A stretch of 64,000 bases of DNA from Lepidodermella squamata (GCA_047495785.1 JBLDXI010000003.1:1364001-1428000); one strand, 5' to 3'; shown: positions 12,925 through 25,922, numbered from the stretch's first letter. Translations and numbers: made by a program. The notes: generated from the letters alone by a model not told the origin.

Positions 12925-13559
12925 GCAAAACTTTCTTTCGCTATATCTCCAAAGTGGGTCAGGGTTTTGGCTGAGCTTTACAGAAATGAAACTTTGGGAT
13001 GTGCTCTATCAGATGGTATAAGCCTTGCGGATGGCTTTTGGGTATAACTCGAGTTATTACGGCTCAAAGTAGGCATACTCGACCTATAAAACCATCACTT
13101 CTGAAGGCCCCATGACAATTTGGATTGCACCACCGTGTTCAGCATGGTCGAATTACTTAAGGTGCAAAGTTTTACATCGCTGGGTTGAGCAGTTGACGCG
13201 CAGACGTAAGGAGCGTAGAAAAACAAATTAACGCTTAATTTGCATTGCGTCGCTTAAAAGTAATTATTTTAATTTTTTAATTTCTCGCATGTTTTTACGA
13301 ATATTTATTTGAAACATGAATCAATTTGGAATTCGGCCAAGCTGAACACGATGGTGCAATCCAAATTGTCATGGGGCCTTCAGAAGTGATGGTTTTATAG
13401 GTCGAGTATGCCTACTTTGAGCCGTAATAACTCGAGTTATACCCAAAAGCCATCCGCAAGGCTTATACCATCTGATAGAGCACATCCCAAAGTTTCATTT
13501 CTGTAAAGCTCAGCCAAAACCCTGACCCACTTTGGAGATATAGCGAAAGAAAGTTTTGC
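12925..13559. repeat. Long inverted repeat (foldback): 230-bp arms, 175-bp spacer
   Basis: 12925-13154 is the reverse complement of 13330-13559; I see only 3 mismatches, all near the inner ends. Confidence 0.95.
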
Positions 13560-14072
13560 AATTTACACGAAAAAACTAGGATTTGCTAATACAAAATATC
13601 TCCACATGGGAAGCTGATTTGAGCACGCGGTTTTTTGCGGTGTGTTGTTTCTGGGGTGAGGAATTTTATAGAATGCCTTATAATCATGAATTCGAGAAAC
13701 CTGATGGCTAAATTTGATGTTTTCCCATAAGCTCAAAGGGGGCAAATATTATTAAAATTCCTCCTTAATGAAAAAAATGCAAAATGAATTTTTACAGAAT
13801 TTTTTCTGCATCAGTTTCCTCTCTGGTTAATCTGATCTCTATGGTTCGCATTTACAGAACTCTGCGCTATGCTCCATAGAGAACGTAATGATCAGAAAAA
13901 AGACTTCCTATCTCGTAATGGCAACGAATTAATTTCAAATACCGAGTAAAAAGTCCACCATAAAAATGTTAATAACTTATTATTTTTCAATTTTCACGCA
14001 ACACTCTCTCTGAAGCAAAACAGTGAGGTGAAAATCGCAAACTTCACGCGAAATTCTCTACGCGCGAATAAA

Positions 14073-14293
14073 GGGGGAGCACGTGGCTTAGTGGTTAAGC
14101 GTCCGCTGTGCTTTCTCTGAAGGTCAGTGGTTCGTCTCCGAGTCACGGCGCGTGTGTAACTGAGCTGAGCACTTTACCCCTACTGCTCCGGCTGAGTGGC
14201 AGCAATACCCTCGGTCGCCGATCCTTCTCGTCGGATCATGCAGATGATAATTGCACGTCAATAAAGTTTAAGTTTAAGTTTTAAGTTTAAAGT
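14073..14293 (+). mobile_element. tRNA-derived SINE
   Basis: A box TGGCTTAGTGG, B box GGTTCGTCTCC, core ctgagcactttacccctactgctcc, AATAAA and (AAGTTT)n tail. Confidence 0.8.
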
Positions 14294-14522
14294 TGGATTT
14301 TTTATTTCACAAAATCTTCAAAGTTGTACTTTTGGGGTACCCCTTGCCAAATCCTTACGCTTGCGAATTTTCGAGAATAAAAAATATCAGGATGTTACGG
14401 AAGGCGGCCCCAGTCGAAATACGTTGAAGACCCGACCAAAATCGCATCTGTTGAATTTACACAGCACATTGAAGTTTGCATAGATGTAGGTTGTAGGTGT
14501 TCAAAGTTGTACTGGATTACGG

Positions 14523-16001
14523 CCCAGACCGGCACGAAATCAGCTGAAATACGCTGAAATAATTAAGCTGAAATAAGCTGGCAAATGATTTCAGTCGATT
14601 TCAGCTTAGCGTTTTTCCAGCGTATTTCAGCTTAAAGCTATTTCAGCGTATTTCAGCTGTGATGTCATGGAAGTTCAGCGTATTTCAGCACTTTTCAGGT
14701 CATTTTTCATTTTTCATTTAAAATCTCGAAATCTTCAAAGTCGATAATTTCCTGAAAATAGATCACCTGATCCACATGATCAGACAGATAGACAAAAATT
14801 TCTGGAAAATCGAATATTTTAAATGAAATTCAAATTCAACCCCCTGCAATATTCGGGCTAAATAATAAATAAAATAAAATAAAAATCTTTATTATTGTCC
14901 TCCGTCCGAATAAAAATTCACATAATAACTCTCTACTAATACCATAGAACAAGAGGCGCGAGCAAACAAGATGAATCCATGCTCATCGGATCGATGGTGC
15001 AAGGAAGAGACAGAAAGGGAGAGGGCGAGGGTTTTATCAGTTGCAGGGTAGTTATCGAGAACGGAGAGAAACATGAAACAGGGAAAAGGCGGTAAAATGG
15101 AGAAAAGAATGCGGAGGCAACGTTAGCGAACGGATATAGGAATTCTATAAAAAAACACAAGGCATTCTGACGGGTAGATGAAAGACAAGCAACAGGAAAG
15201 ATGAGTTGAAGGTGGAAGAAAGAGAAGAAGAGAGGAGTGGAAGAAGAAAAAAAGAGAGAAGACAGAGGCGAAAAGGTGAGAAGGGAGAAAACAGCCTAGC
15301 CTATGAAGTCGGGCAGAGGACCACGAGGAAGTCTGTTGCTCAACAGCGCGAAGGGCGAGCGCGGAGGGGGGGCTAGCGAAATGATTATCAAGACATCCAA
15401 CCATTAAAATATGAAAATTCACAAAAAGGGTAATATCATGAAACTAACTTACAAATTTGACGATGATTTGTTTTTGGATCGGGTTTTCAATGGCGAACTT
15501 ATGAACGGTTATATTAGCATATGCACACTTTTATTCGGAGGCTAATTCAGCTCGTTTCAGCATGCAATAGTTGCTAACTGAAAGCTGCCAAACTGAAAGC
15601 CCGATTATGAAAACACGTTAGCGTAAAACTCCAGCAATTTCCGGCTAAAAATAAATTTAGCTGAAATAGGCTGAAATTCTGCAGAAAATAAACCGAAACT
15701 CAGGGCCTGCCAAGTCGTGGAAATGGAAAACCAATTTGAATTTCGCGCAATGCGTCTTACAGAATTTCAGCGTATTTCAGCTTGTCGATGTCGCCACGTG
15801 CTTATTTCAGCGTATTTAAGCGCGATGCTTTGATGGGCAGAAAAAAGCATCACTTGACAAAAAATTGGCTGAAAAGTGCGCAGCCCAGAAATCAGCTCCA
15901 GCGTATTTCAGAGGCGACGAGCTCGTCATGCCTTATTTCAGCGTATTTCAGCTGATGAAATCAATTCCAGCGTATTTCAGCTTATTCCGTGCCGGTCTGG
16001 G
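14523..16001. mobile_element. Non-autonomous DNA element, CCCAGACC-terminus family (CACTA/EnSpm-like architecture)
   Basis: TIRs CCCAGACCGGCACG(A/G)AAT; many GCGTATTTCAGC subterminal repeats in both orientations. Superfamily assignment is tentative. Confidence 0.7.
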
Positions 16002-16190
16002 CGATATGCACGGAATAATTATGCACAGCGGGTTTCAGCCGATTGGTCATGTAATGGGAGCTTCAAAGCCGCGGCGTCCTATACGTGGTACTATGGTACG
16101 TCTTATGACGGATTTTACTGATTTTCATCCGCTCTTGTGTGGTTAACTTGAAATTGCATACGATTTTTAGATTAACACCCAATCAATTCA

Positions 16191-19000
16191 TTATAGCCCT
16201 GGTGAAGTAGCACTGCATGTTTCCATTCCTGACACTCCATATATGCTAGCTGTGCCGGCACCCGGTGTTTTGATTGGCAATTGAGCGAGAGCAATGCAGC
16301 AATCTTCGAATGAGCGGAATCCAAATGTCGTAACGTATTCTCCCTGTTGCATATTAAATTATCATACATTTTAGCAACAAAATGTATGCTCACCAATCCA
16401 CTAAATACTTGCACGTGAAAAACTTGGGTAGCTGTGTGTGGGAAACGAACGCAGTAGACAGGCATAGCAACATAAAGAAATGCTGTAGCAGCTGATATTC
16501 TGTAAGGTGTCGCATCAGCTGCTCCGATGCAGGTCGAAATCCCAGCAGCATTATTGGCCTGCGGGATGACTTCGTATTTGATCCAGGCAACGTTGGCAGG
16601 TGTCTGCGTGGCTGCACAACAAAGATCAAATGTGCTAAATGTGTTGGGCTTGTCAATAGATGCCTAGCCACATAAATAAACGCCAGGCAATTCTTGTATT
16701 TAGATGCGCAATAAAACAATTACTGAAGCGGCAGGGGTAACTGTCAGATAAGCGGTGCACGAAGCTCCGGCAACGTTGTGGCAAAATTTGACAGTTCGAG
16801 ATACTACAATACCACCTTGGGTCGTCATTGAGCACAGTCGGTATATAGTCTGGAAAAGACAAATCGACCTTATCTTAAAACATAGAGAACGTAGCTTTTC
16901 TCTGGGATGCTTAGTGATTATTATGGGATATCTGAGATTACCACACGACATGCTTATACCTTCACGTAAGCTGAAATGGCCGATGTGCATTGTTCAGCGG
17001 ACTGGAATAGTTGATTTGCGAACTGGATAAATGGATTAAGTATTGCACGACTGTGTTGTATTTTTAGCCCTTGGGTACCTTCGAGCTAGCTTGCAAACCG
17101 CAGCCACATCCAGGCGTAGATGCCACGCAAGACAAATCCGAAGAGGCGTTTTCGCAGATGACATAACGCTAAAATCAGTAAAACGGTGAGTTACAGTGCG
17201 CGAGGTTTGGAAGCCAATTGGGCGCTTACCGATCTACTCATTGTAGCCATGCACTGATCGACAGAGTCAAAAACATTCGCCTCAAACTATTAATAATACG
17301 GTTAACAACATATTATGTAGTAGATAAAGAAGCCGTGAGATGCCAGTTTTCTCTAACATTAATCGCTCGCATGCTATTGGTCGATTCGAAAATTAACGCA
17401 ATAATGCCCAACTTTGAAACAAAACAACCGTCGACTTGACAGATTTGTGGCTAATAGTCAAGACCGACGCAATTCGCCTCTTGATAAATCTATGCGAAAA
17501 AATCTCGAAAATCTATTGAAAATTGGCTGAGTTATGTTAACACGTTTGGTGAGCTGGTGTGGTATTCCACCCCGAATATCTCAACACCCATACAGTTACA
17601 CTGGTTAAATGAGCTGCTAGTAATTTCATGCCATCGTATAGTATGAGCGACTAATATATCAATATACCGTAGTTACCGAAATACTAACCCGGGCCTTTAC
17701 AAAAATGATACCTTGAAAAATGGGAAAAAGTAGGCTACTATTCAAGACTAGGCTTCTATTTGAGATAGGCTTATGCAACGAAGACCTTACCTAATTTTGC
17801 GTGTTTCAGTCTCAAAGCTCATCAATTTTTTCATTACTAGCTGTTAGCTAGGTCGCCTAATAGCTGAAAATTGATAATAATAAGGAGCGCCACAACAAAA
17901 ATCATCTCAAATCGCAGATTATTAAACATCTTCAGGCATTTTTTGTTTTTACAACCTTTAATCTCGGGAGAGCACACATGCCGTAGTAGACTAGGCTACT
18001 ATTTGAGATAGGACAATGCATCGAAGAATTTCAATTTACCTAGGCTTCTAAACGAGACAGGCTTCTAAACGAGTGGGGGCTTATATTTCGGTAACTACGG
18101 TATTATAAGAATACATGGGATCTTGTAGGAATTTATCCTGAGTAAAGCCCATAATAGTCATAGAGAATTAAAGGATTATTCTATAGCTAGCCATAGAGAA
18201 ATGAAATTTCCCCCTGATCTGAAACCCCGAGCGAGATTGGCGCTCTAGGCTCCCTGAAAGGGTGCAATGGGTACATAGAGGTGATTTCAGGATAATCATT
18301 TCGGTTCCGCCTTACATTTATTTTTTCACCTTTAACCTCTGTCCTCAATTCCGGTTCTGGCTTCTATATAGGCGACGCCTAGTATTTCGGTATTTACGGT
18401 ATTTGGAAGCTTAAGATCAGTCATTTAAAAGACATTCCGAGACCGGGGTAAGGCAGGATGCAGTATGGTAAATCTAAGTTTTCTCACTTGCGTGGTCAAA
18501 TGCAGAGATCCCGAGCATCCCGGAACAGCAGGTGTGCACGTCAAAGTTTCGTTGCCGTAACCACAAATAACGTAGCGCTGGAAATAAATGTTGAAAGAGA
18601 ATAGGCTGTTCCAGATTACCTAAAGCTGTATATATATATATATCACCTGCGCATATTTTTGGCAAACAAGAAGATCCGAGAATTTTCCAGATATCTGTAG
18701 AGCAAACGCAAAAGTTATGATGATCTTCAAGTCCCAAAAGAGATAATCACAGTTGTTTCTCCGCTTGCGCAAGAATCGGCTTTACATGAACCAATTCCAT
18801 TCGAGAAGCATTGAATGTACTTTGGGATATCAGAAAATAGTCAGAAATCATGGGAACACTGGAAATTTCACCGATTGATACGTAACCGGGCTCGAACCTT
18901 GGGCAGCTTGCTGACCATTTGGAGTACATCCAGTCACAATCGACAGCAGCTGAGAGATCAAGCCCGCGACAGACAGGATACGGTTAGCTTTAAAAAACAT
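16191..19000 (-). CDS. Secreted Cys-rich protein, paralogue 2 (10 exons, intact)
   Basis: MFFKANRILSVAGLISQLLSIVTGC..; carries an extra two-exon module RYVICENASSDLSC..PGCGCG / FANQLFQSAEQC; last exon ..FRSFEDCC..SPGL*. All introns GT-AG, phase 0. Confidence 0.82.
17667..18100. mobile_element. Tc1/pogo-like MITE in intron 4 of paralogue 2
   Basis: Perfect TIR CCGTAGTTACCGAAATA with TA on both flanks; internal aggct(a/t)cta repeats. Confidence 0.88.
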
Positions 19001-19899
19001 GGAATGATCTCTTCAAACTGTAGCAAAAATGTATATTAGTATAGAAAAATGAAATACGTGGGCTGCTAAGTGCTTTACACGCCAAAACCCGCCGACGAGA
19101 ATAACATCCATGCAGGGCACTGCGCGCTATCAATAGTACTACCCACATTTTAATAAGATATAGCCCATCGGATCCTGTGTGAATAGTAAATGTACTGTAA
19201 AACCGTCCAACAAGTATCTTAAGTATCTCAGGTGGTCATTCTCAGGTATTCTTACTAGGGAATATGTGATAATCCTGGCAGCAACCCTTCAGGAATGCGA
19301 ACTCATGGACTGAATCGTTCCTAGACAACTCAAGAATAACACATTTCAAAACTTCAAACTCTGGATTCAGTTTCCATGGCGCCATGCCACGATGAAGGTT
19401 TAGCGTCAATAGTACAGCAAGCAGGTTTGTTCCTTCTTCTTTGTAAGCCTTTCTGACCGGGCGATAAGCTTCTGAAACAATCTTCTCGGCCGGTCGCGCG
19501 GGGGTGGAGCTTACACGACCGAGAGGCCTATATAACGGCACCAAAGCCTCAGAAAGCTGCTGGTTTTCACGCGGTCAAACTAGCCAATCGCGTGCGACTG
19601 CTCAAGTATTAAGCATTGCCTGAAATCGCTCCGTTTCAGTTGAAAGGCTTACCATTTTTTTTTAATTTCAGCCCCTCGGCATTTCAGTTGCATTTTTTTC
19701 GGGTGACTGTCGATAAAAGAATCGCATATGATCCGGAATTCCCGTTCGTCTTTCGACTTCCACCAGTCGCACTTAACCTCTTAAATAACTAAATAAATAG
19801 TTTTGCGCCATTTATTTCTATTTCCGGTTCACTGTTATGGCGCACAAAAACATGCGATATGAGCAGAACAATTTATTCGTGACTTATTATTCATAATGG

Positions 19900-21278
19900 T
19901 TATGCCATTTCTCCAATACATATTTCCATATTCGTCACACCATAAATAGAAGCTGTGGAAGCGCCTGCTACGTGTAAGGGGGCAGCACCGAGAGCGTAGC
20001 AGCAAGCTTGGAATGATGCGTGATTATAGGACAAAACTCCCGCCTGAAACATGACATAAATCATCACAAATGTACAAAGCAACCGAGCGCATGCTTACCA
20101 TCACAGTTACTTGCACATGACCGGCATGGGTAGCTGTGTGGGGAAAGCGAACGCAATAAGCGCGAGATGCAGAAGCCATATAAAGAGAGAAAGCTGTTAT
20201 TTTGTATGGAATCGGATCGATAGCTCCGATGCAGGTCATAATTCCAGCAGCATTTCCGGCTTGCGGGATGACTTCGTATTTGATCCAGGCAGCATTTGCA
20301 GGTGACTGAGTGGCAGTGCAGCAAAGAGCAAATGTGCTGAACGTATTGGGAAAGTCGAAAGACGCCTAGCCACATAAATCGACAATACAAGTAACTATTA
20401 GGTTTGGACTTGCAGATAAAATCATTACCGTAGCAGCAGGAGCTGCCGTCAGATAAGCTGTACACGAAGCTCCAGCGACATTGTGGCAAAATTTGACGGT
20501 TTGTGAAACACCAGAGCCACCCTGGGTCGTCATTGAGCACAATTGGTAAGTAGGCTGGATAGAGGTAGATGTGACCTACATCTTTGCGTCAATATTGATC
20601 GTTAATAGAGTTCAGCACTTACAGATGTTGATTTGCTAATCGTTGCAATTCATTGATCGAAAATATTCGCTGCAAACTAGTGATGAATGGGCAATGGGCA
20701 GAATTTGCGTTTTAGTGATCGATGAAGACTTTTAAATTTTTTCTCTGCTCTTTCTTTTCCCTGATGAAAGTCTGAGGTTTTCTTACTTGCTTGACCAAGC
20801 GCAGAGATCCCGAGCATCCCGGAACAGCTGGTGTGCATGCGATCTTGTCATTGCCGTAATCACAAATCACGTATCGCTAGAAATTGCGTTGAAATTGACT
20901 GCTATAATATCTAATATGGCGCGTGGAATATCCAACCTGGGCAAATTTTTGGCACACAACCGGGTCCGAGAATTGTTCAGATATCTAGAACTCAATTCGG
21001 GGTGGGCTTCAAGTCATATGCAAGAAATATTTACAGCAGTTTCACCGCTTGTGCAAGACCCGGCTCTGCATGCCCCAGTTCCATTAGAGAAGCATTGAAC
21101 ATACTTGAGAATGGCAGAAAATTGTCAGGTTATCACTGTCACATATTGAAAATATTACCATTTGATATGTAACTGGACTGGAATCTTTGGCTACACTTTG
21201 GCTACACCCAGCTACAATCGATATCAGCTGAGCAATGAAGCCGAAGACATTCAGGAAAAAACTAGCTTTTAGAAACAT
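19900..21278 (-). CDS. Secreted Cys-rich protein, paralogue 3 (8 exons; in-frame TGA in exon 5)
   Basis: Exons colinear with paralogue 1. Exon 5 reads FAANIFDQ*IATISKSTS (TGA at 20652-20650); all other exons are open; ends ..ICIGEMA*. Confidence 0.75.
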
Positions 21279-21915
21279 TAGATTCTTTAACCAAGGCTGT
21301 AAAAAATCTATAGTCTGTCAACAAATTTTTTGTCTGCGTCAAGAAAGTGGAATATACGTGAGCAGTTCAGAACTCACGCTCCAAAAGCTTCAACACCTCA
21401 GTTTTAATATAGCGTATTGTAATGAAATAATTAGTGGTGTTGCTATAAACTCAACCTTGGTCGTGATGAAGACGGAAATTAGTTGACCGAGAATGATGAT
21501 CCAATAATTTCTTTCCTACAATGATCGTACAAATACAAAATCTCAGCTCACCGAGGCGACCATTCGAATAGCCCTAATCGTACAGTCTGTCCCATACAGT
21601 TTGGTTGAAGTTTTTTGGTTGCCATTTCGCCAATTCGTGGTATTTTTCCTTGAGCCTACAACCGTTGGAAAGAGGAGTCTCGCCTGAATGTTTTAAGCTA
21701 CAGCTAATTGTTGTGTGATAAGCGGATGGGAAATACCAGGTCAGCAACATCATTTTTTAAGATCGCAAATGACAACCATTTTTAAAAATCATATTTTGTT
21801 TCTTATATCGCTAACCATTTGAAATTTCGGATTGTTTGAAAACTATTTTTTGCTTATAACGCATTATATTTTTGCTTATGAGGGGGGTGAAAAACAAATC
21901 ACGTAGTGGCTTATT

Positions 21916-22636
21916 GGGACTGAGGATTGCTGCTAAATACCTTGATCGGAAGACTCTCAAACTTATGGCGAATGACCTGATATTCTGCCGCCTGATGTAC
22001 TGCGACACCTCTCTCTCGCAGTTGGCACCGACCAAGCTCAACAAACTACAACGTCGCCAAGACCAGGCCGTAAGAATCATTTGTCACGCCCCAATGAACT
22101 CAGACCCAGCACCGCTCAGACAAAAACTCGGATGGCTGGATCTCGACGGAAAACGAAAAGTGCACCTGGCAACACTAATCTGGCGCCATAGCCAACTTCT
22201 TCAAACTTCGAACCGCACCAATGGCTTCTACCCGTAAACCAATCGCCCTGAAAGTACTTTCGAACATCCCAGAGGTGCCCAGGACTAAGTCAGTGATCAT
22301 GGATCGGTGGTTGGCTCACCATGGATCGGTATTTTGGAATTCTCTGCCCGACCACATCCGCACATCTAAAACTGCCGACCAATGCAGAAACTTGGTTTAC
22401 CGTCACCTGCTAACACACAAAAAGAACTTACCTCAAATACCGTCGCCTGAAACCATTGTTTTCTTTGTTAAGCTTTCTTCTTTTTTTATACATATAAGTT
22501 ACATGATGTTTTATAACTACCTAATATTGTGTACAGTTTGATCTAGCCCTAATTAATCCATTGTCTTTTTTACAGCTGAGCTTTCCAACTTTTTCTAAAA
22601 ACGAATGAATGGCTCATAAATAAATAAATAAATAAA
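21916..22636 (+). mobile_element. 3' fragment of an L2/CR1-group LINE
   Basis: Frameshifted ORF2 C-terminus (RLMYC..KLQRRQDQAVRII..LGWL; FWNSLPDHIR) followed by a (TAAA)n tail at ~22617-22636. Confidence 0.85.
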
Positions 22637-22641
22637 TTGTC

Positions 22642-25600
22642 TCAAAGGCCATTGCCGCCAACGCATATATCAATTTTCGTCAATCCATATATGTCAGCTG
22701 CGGTTGCGCCTTGTTTTACGGGCGCGTTGCCGAGAGCGAAGCAGCAAGCTTCAAATGAAGCGTAAGAAAATACCGTAACTCCTGTCTGTAAAATACATCC
22801 TTAATTCTTAAAAAAATGTACCCAGAAATAAAGAAAATTCTCACCAATCCGCCAGCTACTTGTACGTGACTAGGCTGGGTAGCTGTGTGCGGGAAACGAA
22901 CGCAATAGGCCAGAGCTCCAGGACCTGGGGTTTGAATAGAAGCTGTTATTTTGTAGGGATTAGCATCAACAGCTCCGATGCATGTCGAAATTGCACCACC
23001 ATAGTTGGAATGCTTGACGACTTCGTATTTGATCAAGGCTGGTGTCTGAGTGGCAGCACAGCAAAGATCAAACGTGTTGAATGAGTTGGGCGAGTCAGTA
23101 GAAGCCTAGCCACATGAATTGATTACAAACAACCGCGTTCAAGGGCGAAATTAAATAAAAAACCATAGCAGAAGATAATACTGACAGATAGGCGTTACAC
23201 ATGTAACTTCCAGGGACATTATGACAAAATTTGACAGTTTGAGATACTCCAGAAGCCCCCTGGGTCGTCACTGAGCACAATTGGTAATAAGACTGAAAGA
23301 GAAATAGAAGTTGAAAAGAAGAGGGCTATCGCGATTTCACGAGCCAACCCAACGAGCCAAAAGGCATTGCCTTGCAGATGGGAATATTTGAAGACCGTAC
23401 TTGATCGATAAAGATGCAGCGTGAATTTATGTATTTTGCCATGTTGACGACACGTACCTTCGAGCTGACTCTTAGATCGCCGGTACAACCTGATTGAGAT
23501 TCCAAGCAAGAATATTCGGATTTGGAGTTCTCGCATATCACATATTGCTAGAAAGAGGAAAAGTCAGTGAGACGAAGAACGAAGAAAACTGAAACGTAAT
23601 TTAGACCCTACAAGTAAAATAACAGGCTGAGGCAAAGTATACTCAGTGGGAAAATTTAAGTTTGTATCACTGGTCGCTGCGTCGACTGAACTGAGGGTTT
23701 AAAAAACTCACAATTTCCAAGTCCCTAAGGTAAAATGCGTGATCTGCATGTTCGAATTGATTAGTAAACCATGATAAAAGTGTGAAAATTTAAGTAAAAA
23801 GATTAGACTATCGATGTCATGCATAGGCAAAAACACTTTTAACATTTTAACTTGTAACAGTCATTCCTTGGGGGTGACGTGTCTGTCCCCGAAGGTTTTA
23901 CCGTGTTTTTCTTACTCAGCATATAGTTGATTCATTAAACAGGTAATCTTAGTAAATGCTCTACAGACCTGAAGATCTTTCAGCAATAGATGGGGTTACA
24001 TCTACAAAGGTATCTACGTTATGTTATCTACGTAACATGAGCATCCAAAATCTTGCAAAGGACGATCATGAGGTGTAAAAACCCTGATCAACTACCTACC
24101 TCTACTAAATCAACAACTGAGTAAGAAAAACAGCAGCAGAAGCTTATAAAAGCCACCAGTCGCCCTCAAGGAGTGACGTCAACTGACCAGAGGTGGAAAC
24201 AGATCGGGTTGGCCGGCCGGTAAGTCTCCCGGTTGCCGGTTGGGTCGGATCGCCGGTTGGGTATGGGTCGACTAAATTCCAGCCGGTTGACCGGTATATT
24301 GGAATTTTTAGCATGAAAGCCATTCATTTAGCGAATTGAACGCGGTAGTGAGACTTCCGCGAAAAGTTCTTCGTGGCAGGCGTAGAAAGAAAGCTTTTAT
24401 CAGCAATGTGTGGCCTGCGCTTATTTATTTTTAGAATTTTGGTTTTTCATAGTGGTTTTAAGACATTTTGAATTACAAAGAAAGCATTTGCATGATTCAC
24501 GCTGTTTTTGTTTGGGAAACATGCTCCTGAAACCGGTTAAAAGCCGGTAAATAGCCGGTGAAAAGCCGGTAAACCGGCGTGGGTGCACCGGCTTTCTACC
24601 GGCTTGGGTTGCCGGTGGGTGACCTGGGTGCCGGTTGGGTCGCCGGTTGGGTTGGGTCGAGTTTTTCCGACCCAACCTTTCCACCCAAGAATAGCAGCGA
24701 CAAGCGACAATGCATGATATTAACATAATTAATGTTTTTGGATTTCTTTGACTTTCTCATGCTCTGATTACCATTTCGACCATGCTGAGCACGAATTTAC
24801 CACGCTGAAAGTCGCACACTGGTTCTATATTCTCTATCGAGTGACACTTAGCTACCGGGTGAGTGGAATCAAATACAAGGAAAATTCAAATTTAACCGTT
24901 GAGGACCTTCGTCGTTAAGTATTATATTAGATTAGGCACTTACCGATGTAGTGATTGCTGTCACGCACCGATCGAGAGAGGTGAAGGTGTTCGCGGATAA
25001 CTAGTAAATAGGTAAACTATTAAGCAAGGTTTCTTGGTCTTCTCAAATCGCAAATGTCAAAGCTGGGATTCGGTAATCTCCGAGCAGTTTGAACTCTAGC
25101 TTCCCCATTTATTCCCTGTACCTAGTTCTCAGTTATTTCAAAATCTCTGGATTATCGCTAGAATTGGTGTTATATAATTGGTTAGCAGTAAGCATTGATG
25201 AAGGGGGTACGTGAGAGTATCTTTTCAGCCCCGAATTTATCTGATAAAAGGATCCCTGTGGTTTTTTCAGGTTTCCTTGCTATCAGACCTCTCGAGGTGG
25301 TGAGTACGGTACCCTTGGAACTTCGCAAACTGGATGAAAACGATTTATGGGGTTTGAAAAATGCAAGCACTTCGTGGTCATCGGGAGCTGAGAAGCCCTG
25401 CAATAGATTTAAAGCATTATCCTCACTACCTTGTCAATGCCTAGAGATCCTGAGCACCCCGGAACAGCCGGTGTGCATGAGAGGCTGCCCTCATAGCCAT
25501 AACCGCAAATCACATAGCGCTATAAAATAATGCTTGAAATTGCTGATTCACATCTGGAATAAAGCAAACTTGCGCATATTTCTGACAGACCGCCAGGTCT

Positions 25601-25922
25601 GAGAATTTATCAGATATCTAAGTATAGCAAAAAGTACGATGTGATGCTGGTCATGCAGGAGTAATTTACCGTTGTTTCTCCGCTTGAGCAGGAATCGACT
25701 TTACATGACCCAGTGCCATTTGAAAAGCACTGAACGTACTAAACGGAATTCAGATAATTACCGAGCTCCTTGGAAAATTGGGAATCTCACCATTTTAAAT
25801 GCAACTGTACCAGAATCCCTGCCCGCAGGCTGGACACTTGGGCTGCTACAGCCAGCTGCAGTCGATATCAGCCTATTGATGCACCACAAGGCTGACAGGA
25901 AACAGTTTGCATTAAAAAACAT
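22642..25922 (-). CDS. Secreted Cys-rich protein, paralogue 4 (10 exons, intact)
   Basis: MFFNANCFLSALWCINRLISTAAGC.. (alternative ATG at 25931). Exons include LSANTFTSLDRC (~25000-24944), QYVICENS..SGCTGDL, YGLQIFPSARQC; ends ..ICVGGNGL*. Confidence 0.8.
23611..24931 (-). mobile_element. Helitron-like non-autonomous insertion in intron 5 of paralogue 4, with internal MITE-like inverted repeats
   Basis: Absent from the equivalent intron of paralogue 5 (gacccta|ttagg at ~28076-28087). On the minus strand it starts TCTAATATAAT, ends CTTG, sits between A and T with no TSD, and has a short CTGAG..CTCAG hairpin near the 3' end. Internal inverted repeat ~23860-24178. Confidence 0.72.

Larger units (their letters stand above)
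9957..13843. mobile_element. P- or hAT-like non-autonomous DNA transposon
   Basis: ~50 bp imperfect TIRs starting CATAGAGATCAGATTAA; exact 8-bp TSD GTTCGCAT at 9949-9956 and 13844-13851. Confidence 0.85.
9509..14522. mobile_element. Tc1/pogo-like MITE shell (outermost layer of a nested insertion stack)
   Basis: TIRs CCGTAATCC(G/A)GTA(A/C)AACTTTGAACA at both ends. TA on the left; the right flank abuts another element. Confidence 0.7.

Noticed and set aside
14073-14150. tRNA gene (also 56912-56995)
   Set aside because: A and B boxes are present but I could not fold a proper cloverleaf; one continues into a SINE body and tail, the other lies within a MITE.
14863-15420. Purine-rich tract with a (TTTTA)n tail as a retroelement 3' end
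   Set aside because: Plausible, but no recognisable protein motif or TSD supports a call.
25182-25403. Extra exon in intron 4 of paralogues 4 and 5 (also ~28434-28605)
   Set aside because: Differences between the copies are mostly non-synonymous in the frame checked and include an indel; it looks like duplicated intron sequence.
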